Positions 33,588-46,064 of a stretch of 64,000 nucleotides of DNA are shown here, one piece after another. The position numbers and the translations under genes are program-made. The stretch's first letter is position 1. Every line of letters starts with the position of its first letter. Location: NCBI RefSeq assembly GCF_009914755.1, contig NC_060927.1; one strand, written 5' to 3'. Under the pieces are notes generated by a model. The model made no database searches. It worked only from the letters and a program-made list of their open reading frames with translations, and was not told where the DNA came from. Source of the stretch: the human T2T-CHM13v2.0 reference genome, Homo sapiens.

Positions 33588-33970
33588 AGAGTCACAACTT
33601 CAGTACCTGCAAGGCAGGCAGGTAACATCAATGAATGAAGTGGATCAGGTTGACTTAGCTAGGCTATGTTCCCAGCTATTCAGTAAAACACTAATTTAGG
33701 TGTCACTGTGAAGAGATTTTGCAAATGTAATGAATGCTGACAAACAAGAGAAAACGTGCTCCATCTAAAAAAGGAAACACCATATAGCTCTGGCCTACTG
33801 AAGCCAGGAGGGAGCTTAGCCTACTGCTGCCAGATCTTCTGATTTTAAAGAGAAGCCGGAGAAAATCCAGATTTTGATACATCTTCCAATTTCTTAATGT
33901 GCATCACTTTTTTCAAGTACTGTGTGATTCATATAAAGTACATCTGTGGGCACCTGTTTGCAATCTCAGC
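33588..33970 (-). mobile_element. MER102-like hAT-Charlie element interrupted by an MLT2-derived insert
   Basis: ggcaggcaggtaacatcaatgaatgaag...tgccagatcttctgattttaaagagaagccgga...tttgcaatctc. Confidence 0.75.
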
Positions 33971-35607
33971 TCTAATCGTTAGTGAAATTGGAGTAAAGCA
34001 GAATTAGCTTAATCTCATTTCCTTCCCTTTCCTTTTCCTCCTTCCTGTGGTGCTCTCCAAGTCTGTCTGGTATGTAATCCTTTAGTACTTTCATTTCTCC
34101 AACTAAGAGATTCATTGACTGGTCGTCTCAAATCATATTACAAAGTAAGTAAAAGAGGAAATATCCCTTCTCGTTTTAACAGCTATGAAACCTGAGGCAA
34201 GAAACCTCATAGGTAAACACTGAGACTTATTCAACGCACTGAGTTTAAAAGGACTTGGTGATAAATTTAAATGCAGCTTGATGTTTTAAGAGTGTATTTT
34301 TTTAAAATTTTTTTGTATGTATTTTTGGGTTTTTTTTTTTCAGTTTAATGGCCTTCCAGCAGCACCCAGTATCATGCAAATTTAAATCAGTTTTTAAGGG
34401 TAGCACTTAGAAAGCAATTATCTGAAAGTGCATATTTTGATATGGCATCATTGAACACTAATTAACAACTGGCTTACTGAAGAAGCTGTCAATTCTCTTT
34501 TATCTATGAAATATGCTACCTAAGTTCTGCAAACCTGATCCTAGCCTGCAGTGAGCACCTTCCTAGATTCTTTCCAAAAAGTCATTTTGAATCTGCATCC
34601 CGAATCTATCTGTGGGTTGCGCTGATTTCAAAAAAAAATAACCAAGGAATTTCAGGTAAGGCCCTGACAGAGATGATTATCAGTTAAGTTACCTGCTTTT
34701 AAAATATTTTCTCCCAACATGAATTTGAATATTGGCAGCTGTTTAGAAGGATGAGCTATTTCAGACCAAGAAGCATGGAAAGTAAATTTACCCCTGTGGC
34801 TGCTGGCCATAGAGAATAGGAGTTCAAATGGATTTTCTAAACTGTGCAAGGAATAAAAATTTCTTGTTTTTGTTTCGTGTCTGAATGTTTTCCATGAAAC
34901 TAAAATCGAACACAGAGCAGTTAAAAAGAAATCTGAACATTTTCCTACAGGGGATTTTTGAAATGGATTACTGCTTTTCCTAAGGAAAAAGAAAAAGTAA
35001 AGTGTAGAGCTAAAGGTGGGAATTTTACAAGGTGATAAATTCAAGTCCAAGAAGACTAAGTCATGAAAATTATATCTTCTTTCACGTTTAATAATGCATG
35101 GATCTTTCTATTATAAATATTGATGAAGATATTTATTTTCAGATTACAATGTTACTAAAGATATATATATATACTAATTTATTTATTAAATATAGCAAAC
35201 ACTAGGTTGCCACAAAAGCAAAATGAAACAGAGGAAGTGGCTTTTTATCTAGCTAATTGAGACAAAAACCATCCTATTCAAGGAAAGAGAGATTTGCATT
35301 CTCCAAAACCCATTTCAGTAGTTCCCATTGATCATACGCACCGGATAATAGCTAATTTCTTCATTTTTATTTGCCTATTTGTTTCAAATTATGTTGAGTG
35401 GTGTCAAAACAGGATATTGTTTGGGCAAACACAGAAGCCAGTTCATCTGCTGCTCTTCGTGAGTTCCTTGCCCTGCTCTCTCTGCTTGTGGAGATCAGTG
35501 TCCGGTTATCTACACACATCATGGCAGGTTGCTTATGATGTCTTCAGTATTCCAGTAGTTCCTGTCACAGTCCTCAGGTAAGCTCAGGGCACCTAAGACA
35601 CAGATAA

Positions 35608-36074
<467 letters not shown>

Positions 36075-36099
36075 CAAAGTTGGTATTCTATATGAGAAA

Positions 36100-36300
36100 G
36101 AACTTTGGCTTCAGATAAGTAGGCAATCCTGACTCAGCTATTTATTGATTGCATGAAGTTCGGTGATACATTCAATCACTCTAGAGTCAGTTTTCTTTTT
36201 GTAAAAGTGGGTCACTGCATCATACTACCCTGGGGATTGTGAATTGGCCAGCAGAAATTTTTGCTGCTTAGCAGGTAGTCAAAAAATAATAGCTACTACT
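36100..36300 (+). mobile_element. MIR fragment
   Basis: aatcctgactcagctatttatt...cagttttctttttgtaaaagtggg. Confidence 0.5.
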
Positions 36301-36552
36301 ATCATTATTAAAACTGGCACCTAATTTCATTGTTTTCATTATCCTTCCCTGCCAGCATTACTATGGAGCAGGCAGGTATTTTATATAAAAAGATCTGGAC
36401 ATCTTAAGTAATATAATAAAAAGTACTAGTTGTAGTACAACTAATTTTCTGCAATTTAAAATACTTTTAAGTTTAAAAGGGTTTCTGTATTTACTATTTC
36501 ATCTGATTTTTGAAAGCCTTTAATAATTTGGGAAAATAGCATTATCCTTATA

Positions 36553-37072
36553 TGTCAGTTGGCCTTATTGCATAATAAACCATTCCAAACTTAGTAGTTC
36601 AAGTCAACACTATTTTATTGCTTAGATTATGTGGGTCAGAAAATTTAAGTTGAACTCAGAGGAGAAATTTCATATCAGTTAACCTCAAGATGCTTAAAAC
36701 ACAAGTGAATTATGTTGGCTGAGCATCACCGGGGCTGGTACAGCCAAGACGACCTCACTCACAGGCCTAGACTTTGATTGTTATATAGATACCTTGGTTC
36801 TCTTCCACAAGATCACTCTCTCCACGTGGCCTCTCTCTCCAATAAAATAAACTGGTTCCAAAAGAGCAAAAGCAGAAGCTGTTAGGCCTCTTAAAGCCTA
36901 GGCTGGAACTAACACAGCATCACTTCTACTGAATCTTCTTGGATAAGGCAAGTTATAAAGCCAGATTGAAAGAGAGAGGAAATAGACTCCACTTCTTAAT
37001 GTGAAAAATAGCGTGTGTGTATAGAGGAGTGGGTGGAATGACTGGCAGCTACCTTTGCAGACAATCTGCCCG
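36553..37072 (-). mobile_element. MLT1G/H-like LTR
   Basis: ataaaccattccaaacttagtagtt...tgtgggtcagaaaattt...cacagcatcacttctactg...gactccacttcttaatg. Confidence 0.7.
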
Positions 37073-37190
37073 ACCTCATTTTACACAGGAGGAAACTGAG
37101 GCCAAAGGAAGTTAGGCCACTTGTTTAATGTCACACAGTCAGTACATGGCAGAACTTGAATAAAAACTCAGTTATTAAAGCCCAAGCTCA
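37073..37190 (-). mobile_element. MIR fragment
   Basis: ctcattttacacaggaggaaactgaggccaaaggaagttagg. Confidence 0.8.
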
Positions 37191-39009
37191 ATGGTGATAA
37201 AGAGGTAATGGTGAGAATACTCTTTGGAAAATAGTCAGAGGGAAGGAGACAGTCAACACTGAATAGCCCAGTTGTGGAGGGATATAGATACTTAGAAAGA
37301 CTGCTATATTTCACTGGTTGATGATACTGGAATGGAAGTTATAATACTGCCCATCAACTGGTATTAAAGTGTTCACAAGATGACAACCTGTAGGATTTGG
37401 AATCGCAGTTAACCCTGACTTCTGGATTCTAATCAGCACAGCCACATGGTCAAAGTCCATCACTTCCAGTGTCATTCTAGAGAAGGATTTCATTTAAATA
37501 ATGTATATTTTGCTTCCCAGGGATGAACAGTGTTGCTTTATTCTTTTATATTCAGAACTGCAAGTGTTTCCTGAGGTTCAGCACTGTATTATAACTACTC
37601 TATATTTTGGGGAAAAAAACAAGCTTAAAATGTGCTGAGTCTTAAACTGTTCATGGAATATTAGTTTGATCATCAAGCAGACATTACTGTAATTTTTCCT
37701 ACTACTTCATTTCAAACAAACCAATTATTCCAAGTAAAAAAAAAACAAGAAAATAAACAGAAAGATGAGAGTGGGGTCCCTGGTTTGATAGTCAGGAAAT
37801 TCAAACAGGGACCAAATGATACAGGTCTTATCCCAAGAGGTTTGGGGTAAGCACTATAAAATAATTGAGATATCATTCTGAGTTTTGGCTTTGATGGCTA
37901 CTGAGGCATATGTGTCATGGATGGCCATTGGGCATTCTGTGGTGCCACAGTGAACACTTCCTTTTGGAAACAGGCTCAGGACACCTTGGCCTTGGCCTCC
38001 TCAAAGCAACAACCAGAGCCCAAAGCAGTGTAGAGATAATATAAAGGCCCAGCTATTTGAACTATATAAAATTATATTTTCTCTTCTCTGAAGTAACTCC
38101 TGATTAAGTAGTTATGATGTACAGACTCTTAAAACAGTCCTAATTAATATAGTTACATGTGGACAAAGGAGGTGTTATTGCTTCCTTGGCTCCCAATCTC
38201 CAGCTAGGACGTTCAGATGTGTCCCCTATGAATGAATGTGACTGAGGATGGGTAGGATGGTCAGGGGCCCTCTCATAATAAGCCTGGGCTGCTGTTGTAC
38301 CTCTGCTAGGTGGCTTATGTAAGAAAGTGTCAGGATGTAGGGTTATATCTCAGGACATCATCCAATGAGCAAGAAAGCTCACCTGACCACTGCCACCCAG
38401 TATGTGACAGGTGCCAATTGGATTGTCCTTTTTCCCTGACTTCTATTACCCAAGCTAGAGATTGGCCTCTCAATCATCTATCAGCTTCAAATTTACTCCA
38501 TTGAAAGCTGAGACTTACTTCTCTTCAAGTTACTTACTTCTCAGATTGCTGGATTAAATAAGGCACATGCTTTCTGGCTCAACTGTTTTACTTTTCCTTC
38601 TGAAATTCTTTTTGATTTTATTTCATTATTAATTTAATTGTACTAATGACTAAAACTTTCCTCTACTGAAAATTTGTCACAAATATAGACAGCACCTTTT
38701 AATGTTTAATGCTTAAAGCACTACTTTAAACATCTTGAATATTTTCAGCTCTTCATAGTTCTCACTTTCCATTTTTGTCCTCACAGTCAACAGCTTTGTT
38801 AACTATTCCTTAAGGAAACTCCTATGCACACTCCAAATCAACTCTCCCCAGGGAAGAGGGGCTCTGAGGCCAGGGCCAGGCCTGTGACCCAGTGACCAGG
38901 TTCAGACTTTAGGACAGGGCATCAACAGCTACAGGTTGTCATGTAATAAACTCCAGGGGTAGCCCAGAACACAGTTCCTCAGAGAGGAAGCAAATCTCCT
39001 CATAAAAAG

Positions 39010-39230
39010 CTCCTCTTTATTGAGAATGTTCTACTTTCCAGGCACTCTGCTGCACATTTTATGTACACAATATCAGTGAATCCTTACAACAACTGTGAGT
39101 TTGGTGCCATACTGATTTAACAGATGAGTAAACTGAGGCTTACTGTGTCTAAGTAACTCTTGCTCCTTAAAAGACCTGGGAAGTAGAGGAACTTGGATTT
39201 CAGTCCAGTTTTGTCTGACTCTAAAGTATT
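39010..39230 (-). mobile_element. MIR
   Basis: tttattgagaatgttctactttccaggcactctgct...acagatgagtaaactgaggctt...ctgactctaaag. Confidence 0.8.
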
Positions 39231-39760
39231 AAGCTGCATCCTAAATATAATATACAAAACAAAAAACAGGTAGTTTATCAGAGCCTCCAAACCTGTGTTA
39301 AAAGAGCTGAGCACAAATGGAGAATTTGGTGTCAGGTATGAGCAAAAGTTTGAAGTAGAAGATAGGAGGAATAACCTGAATAATTCCCCAGCAAAATTCT
39401 TGTAGTAATTTTGAAAGAGTTTCCACAGCTTGTCCTGGAATGGGAGGGCTTAAGGGTACAGTTCCAGAATTAACAGAACCCTTAAGAGAATTCAGTAGTG
39501 CAAAGCGCCACTGCCAGAAAAAGCCCAGGGGAGTACACTGGAGACGTGTGGATGTCTTTCTCTAACAAGTTCTGAACACTCTCCATCTTCTTTTGGGCCT
39601 AGCCACCATTAATCTTTGCATTATAATTCCAAAATTTTGTAATCTGTGAAAGGAATTACTTGCGTATATTCTTTTTAAAATTTTTTATTTCATTTTTATT
39701 GACAAATAATGTGTATATTTGTGGGGTATAATGTGATGTCATGATACATGTATAGATTTT

Positions 39761-40342
39761 AAAAATTTGTATAGATTTAGGGGTACAAGTGCAGTCTTGT
39801 TGCATGGATATATTGCACAGTGATGAAGTCTGGACTTTCAGTGTAGTCATCACCAAACTGGTATACATTGTACTCACTAAGTGCTTTCTCATTCCTCACT
39901 CCCCAACCCTCCCACCCTTCTGAGTCTCCAGTGTCCATTATTCCACACTCTATGTCCATATATATACATTATTTAGCTCACAATTTTAAGTAAGAACATA
40001 TAGTGTTTTACTTTCTGTTTCTGAGTTATTCCATTTAAGATAATGGCCTCCAGTTTCATCCATGTTGCTGCAAAAGACATGATCTTATTCCTTTTATGGC
40101 TGAGTAGTATTCTATGGTATATATATATACCACATTTTCTTCATCCAATCATCTTATGGACACTGAAGATGATCCCCTGTCTTTGCTATTGTGAATAGTG
40201 CTGCAGTAAATACTTGAGTATAATTATCTTTTTGTTATAATGATTTCTTTTCCTTTGGGTAGATACCCAGTAGTGGAATTGCTGGAATGAATGGTAGTTC
40301 TGTTTTTAGTTCTTTGAGAAATCTCTTTACTGTTTTCCATAG
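39761..40342 (-). mobile_element. L1PB-like 3' fragment inserted into an older L1MA 3' end (about 39680-39760)
   Basis: atttaggggtacaagtgcag...gaagtctggactttcagtgta; TSD tacatgtata(g/c)atttt at 39745-39760 and 40343-40358. Confidence 0.8.
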
Positions 40343-40840
40343 TACATGTATACATTTTTGAATTCCAAAATTCTACTTTAGCAATGACAACAAAGATAAA
40401 AAGGGCATACTCTTACAACATAATACACTTTTAATTTATGTAAATAAAATTTTATAACATGATAAAAGAATTTTGAACCCAGAAATAATTTTATTCTTGG
40501 AGAAGGGATATTTTACACAATACTAATTATGATAAATAATATGTATCAAGCACTTACCATGTAGCAGATTTTGTGCTGAGTGCTCTACATCATGTCACTT
40601 ATTCTTTTAAAAAAATTCTTGTGGGTACATAGTAGGTATGTATTTATGGGATACATGAGATGTTTTTATACAGGCATGTAATGTGAAACAAGCGCATCAC
40701 TGAGAATGAGGTATCCATCCCCTAAAGCATTTATTGTTAATGTTACAAACAATCCAACTACACTCTAAGTTATTTTAAAATGTAAAAATAAGTTATTATT
40801 GACTATAGTTATACTACTATGCTATCAAATAATAGGTCTT

Positions 40841-40946
40841 TTTTTTTTTTTTTTTTTTTTTTAGATGGACTGTATCTCTGTCACCCAGACTGGAGTGCAA
40901 TGGAGTGATCTTGGCTCACTGCAACCTTCACCTCCCAGGTTCAAGG
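40841..40946 (-). mobile_element. 5'-truncated AluS in the L1MA 3' UTR
   Basis: poly-T plus about 85 nt of right arm; TSD caaata(a/g)taggtctt at 40826-40840 and 40948-40962. Confidence 0.9.
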
Positions 40947-42599
40947 GCAAATAGTAGGTCTTATTCATTCTTCCTATTTTTTTCTACCCATTAACCATGC
41001 CAGCCTTCCCCCCTCCCCCCTACTACACTTCCCAGCCTTAGGTAACCACTCTTTTACTCTCTATGTCCATGATTTCAATTGTTTTCAGTTTTAGATCCCA
41101 CAAATCAGTGAGAACATGTAATGTTTGTCTTTTCTATGCCTGACTTACTTCACTTAACATAATGATCTCCAGTTCCATCCAAGTTGTTGCAAATGACTGG
41201 ATCTCATTCTTTATGAATGACTGAATAGTACTCCATCGTGTATATGTACCACATTTTCTTCATCCATTCATCTGTTGATGAACACTTAGATTGCTTCCAA
41301 ATCTTAGCTATTGCAAACAGTTCTGCAACAAACATAGTAGTGCAGATATCTCTTTCATGTACTAATTTCCTTTCTTTTGTGTATGTATCCAGCAGGGGGA
41401 TCGCTGGATCATATGATAACTCAAGCTGTTCTCCATAGTGGTTGTACTAATTTACATTCCCACCAAGTATACAAGGGTTCCCATTCCTCCATATCCTCTC
41501 CAGTGTTTGTTATTGCCTGTCCTTTGGATCTAAATCATTTTAACTGAAGTTAGCTGATATCTCATTATAGTCTTGATTTGCCTTTCTCTGGTAATCAATG
41601 ACATTGAACACTTTTTAGTATGCCATTTGCCATTTGTATGTCTTCTTTTGAGAAATGTCTATTCAAATCTTTTGCCCATTTCTTGTCAGATTATTAGATT
41701 TTTTCTTACAGAGCTGTTTGAGCTCCTTATATATCCTGGTTATTAATCTCTTCTAGGATGGGTAGTTTGCAAACATTTCCTCCCATTCTGTGGGTTGTTT
41801 CTTCACTTTGTTGATTGTTTCCCTTGCCGTGAAGAAGCTTTTTAATTTCTTTTTTTTTTAGAGTTGTCAGAAATTTTTATTTATTTTAAGAAGTAACATT
41901 GGTTATTGATTAGACATATATCATTATGGTTTAGAGTATGAGATATAGTGTCCAATGTGGTATTATTAGTTTAATATATATCTACTTGTGGCAATAGTGA
42001 ACAGTTTCAAGAGATGAATACATAATTTAAATTGGAGAATGACATAACTGCACTTTCATTTCAATGTCTGAGTTTGATAACCAAAAGGACTTGCATTTTT
42101 AGATAAAAATTTTCTATTCCCCAAATCTCAAGACCTGGATACAAAATGTAGAGCTGCAGATTTAGGGCCCGAATGGCTGGAGTAGCAGCAGGTGTTACCT
42201 ACACATTTGTGAACATTTTACCAAGATAAAAAAGGGGAAAGTGGAGATTCTCATGTCTGCATGTGTACTCAATGAACACGTTACTCTGATCAGGTTTGTG
42301 GGCCCCATGGTCTCTGAATCAGTTTCAGGGCTGAAGATAACAAGAGTCATTGAGATAAAATCATTGATTGTTGCCCAGTGAAGTTGGTAGAAATTTGGTC
42401 TAGTTTCTCTAGAAGTGACTGTAGAGGACTATAGATACCAAATAGGCAGAAATACAGTTCTGCCTGCATATTTAGGGGACAGCATGCACTTTGTTGCACA
42501 AGTGTGAGTTGACTGGAAGTCTGAGAGGGAAAGTCCCCTCTAGAGTAAATTCTGGTTGGTACCTCATGTGTTTATATCATGTCTGGTAATTATAGATAG

Positions 42600-42976
42600 T
42601 GTTTGGAAAAAATAATTAAAAGAATTTTCTCCAGCCCCAGAAAAACTCCACGGTAGAACAGAAAGAAAACTGTTTTATGTGACATGCGTCATAGTCAATC
42701 TGCTTAAGAGACTGCAGAGACAGAAAGATGGTCACCAAAATTAGTCCACAAGTAGAAGAATTTCCAGCACCATGTCATACATAGTTCATCCTAAATTCAC
42801 ATGGAGATTGAAGAGGCCATCTGTATATGCTAATTGTTTACATTCAATAACAAAAAAACTTTTCACATCTTCATAACAGGAGGTAGTTTAGCTTGAAGCC
42901 AGGTACTTGCTGAAGGTAGGCTTTCACTCTGCTACAAAAATGGTTGAAAAACATTCTATCCTTTTGGCTATTTACA
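42600..42976 (-). mobile_element. ERV1-type solo LTR (possibly MER93-like) inside the transduced segment
   Basis: Minus strand reads tgtaaatagccaaaagg...ttttccaaaca (TG...CA); family name is from recollection only. Confidence 0.5.
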
Positions 42977-43249
42977 TTTTAGAGCAGTGGCTCTGTGCTC
43001 CGTGGCATTCAGCTACAGCACTTGCTTGCTTTTTCCTGGTTGCTAGTGTCCTCTCTTGACCTCTATCATCTGCCACTGAGGCACAGCCTTGAGCACAGCT
43101 CAGTTTATGTGAACCACATTTCCCACAGCAGCACTCTAGTGTCACATCAGAGAGGAAAGCCTGAGCTGCAGGAGAGCCTGCAGGCCTTGTGAGTAGAATT
43201 GCACCTTCACAATAATGGGAATGTGACCAGTGTTTCAGCCCGTCTATTG

Positions 43250-43977
43250 ATGACTTCAGAACAATTAGCATAGTTATGTGTAGTGTTTGCAGACACTACA
43301 CATAACAATACATTCATATACATTAAACAGTATTTTCTTTTTCTTTTCTTTTTTTCTTTGAGACAGAGTCTCACTCTTGCCCAGGCTGGAGTGTAGGGGC
43401 GTGTTCTGCTCACTGCAACCACTGGGACCCAGGCTCAAGTGATTTCTCCTGCCTCAGCCCCCTGAGTAGCTGGGATTACAGGCACACACCACCATGCCTG
43501 GCTAAGTTTTTGTATTTTTAGTAGCGATGGGGTATCACCGTGTTGGCCAGCTTGATCGTGAACTCTTGACCTCAGGTTATCCACACACCTCAGTCTTCCA
43601 AATTGCTGGGATTACAGGCATGAGCCATAAACAGTATTTTTTACAATAGTATGAATATAAAGCCACAATACTTACTTTGAATGAATCACTTAAATGGTTA
43701 TTTTAATATTGTTATTTACACTTTTGAAATATAAACTGTTTTAACTGAAGTATAGTTAAATTTTTTTAAATGACATATACATTACTACTAGTTTATTAAA
43801 ATTATTTATACTTAGATATTTAATCTAATACCCCAAAAAATTTACTACCAAACTGTTACACTTGATATTGGTCTGACATGTTTATTACTTTATTCAATAG
43901 GGATAATTATAAGTAAACACAATTTTAGTATCTTTTATTTCACTCAATTGGAATGCTGCTATTACAAATGAAATAAA
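43250..43977 (-). pseudogene. BNIP3P: BNIP3 pseudogene 3' UTR fragment, Alu-interrupted, carried in the insertion
   Basis: Minus-strand blocks catgtcagac, tttggtagtaaatttt, tataaataattttaata, tttatatttcaaaag, tattgtggc.ttata and ataactatgctaattgttc occur in the same order as in the BNIP3 3' UTR as I recall it. Confidence 0.8.
43337..43627 (-). mobile_element. AluS lacking its first ~12 nt, inside the BNIP3P fragment
   Basis: TSD taaacagtatttt at 43324-43336 and 43628-43640. Confidence 0.93.
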
Positions 43978-43996
43978 GAGGCTTTTAAAATATTTT

Positions 43997-44120
43997 TCTC
44001 CCTCTCCCTTTCCCTCTCCCCCTCCCTCTCCCTCTCCCTCTCCCTCTCCCTCTCCCTCTCCCTCTCCCTCTCCCTCTCCCGTCTCCCTCTGTTGCCCAGG
44101 CTGGACTGTACTGCTGGTGG
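43997..44120 (+). mobile_element. SVA (SVA_A/LAVA-type) 5' end: (CCCTCT)n plus start of the Alu-like domain
   Basis: About 14 CCCTCT units followed by gtctccctctgttgcccaggctggactgtactgc; no VNTR or SINE-R. Confidence 0.88.
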
Positions 44121-44796
44121 GAAGCTTTTTAATTTCATTAAAAAGCCATAACAAATGGACAGATCCCATCTGTCCATTTTTGCTTTGGTTGCCTATGGTT
44201 GTGGGCTATTGCTCAAGACATTTTAGCCTAGACCAATGACCTGGAGATTTTTTCCCGTGTTTTCTTGCAGTAGTTTTATATCTTGAGGTCTTAGATTTCA
44301 GTCTTTAATCCATTTTGATTTTATTTTGTATTTGGTGAGAGACAGGGGTCTAGTTTTATTCTACTCCATATGGATATCCAATTTCCCAGCACCATTTATT
44401 GAAGATATTGTCTTCCCAGTGAATGTTCTTGGCACTTTTGTCAAAAATGAGTTCACTGTAGGTGTGTAGATTTGTTTCTGGGATCTCTATTCTGTTCCTG
44501 TGTTTATGCCAGCCAATACCATGCTGTTTTGGTTATTATAGCTCTGGAGTATTAATATAATTTGAAAGAAGGTAATGTGATTCCTCCAGTTTTGTTCTCT
44601 TTGCTTGGGATAGCTGATATGGTTTTTCTGTGTCCCCACCCAAAACTCATCTTGAATTGTAACTCCCATAATTCCCACTTGTGGTGGGACAAACCAGATA
44701 AGAGGTAATTTAATTATAGGGATGGGTCTTTCCTGTACTCTTCTCATGATAGTGAATGAGTCTCATGAGATCTGATGGTTTTAAAAATGGGAATTT

Positions 44797-45546
<750 letters not shown>

Positions 45547-45754
45547 TCAGATGGAGATGAGGAGCTTGTTGGGAACTGAAGCAAAGGTAACTCTTGTTAT
45601 GTTTTAGCAAAGAGACTGGTGGCATTTTGCCCCTTCCTAGAGATTTGTGGAACTTTGAACTTGAGAGAAATGATTTGGGGTATCTGGTGAAAGAAATTTC
45701 TAAGCAGCAAAGCACTCAAGATATGACTTGGGTGCTGTTAAGGCATTCTGTTCC

Positions 45755-46064
<310 letters not shown>

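Larger units (their letters stand above)
41850..44120 (-). mobile_element. Chimeric TPRT insertion (orphan or SVA-associated transduction)
   Basis: Perfect 16-bp TSD gaagctttttaatttc (41834-41849, 44121-44136); T10 at 41850-41859; minus-strand AATAAA at 41876-41881; L1MA sequence continues on both sides. Confidence 0.92.

Noticed and set aside
41850-44120. SVA 5' transduction on the plus strand
   Set aside because: The poly(A) tail and signal are on the minus strand at the left end, and no plus-strand tail precedes the right TSD
43894-44177. GE- and RE-repeat proteins
   Set aside because: Translations of the SVA (CCCTCT)n hexamer
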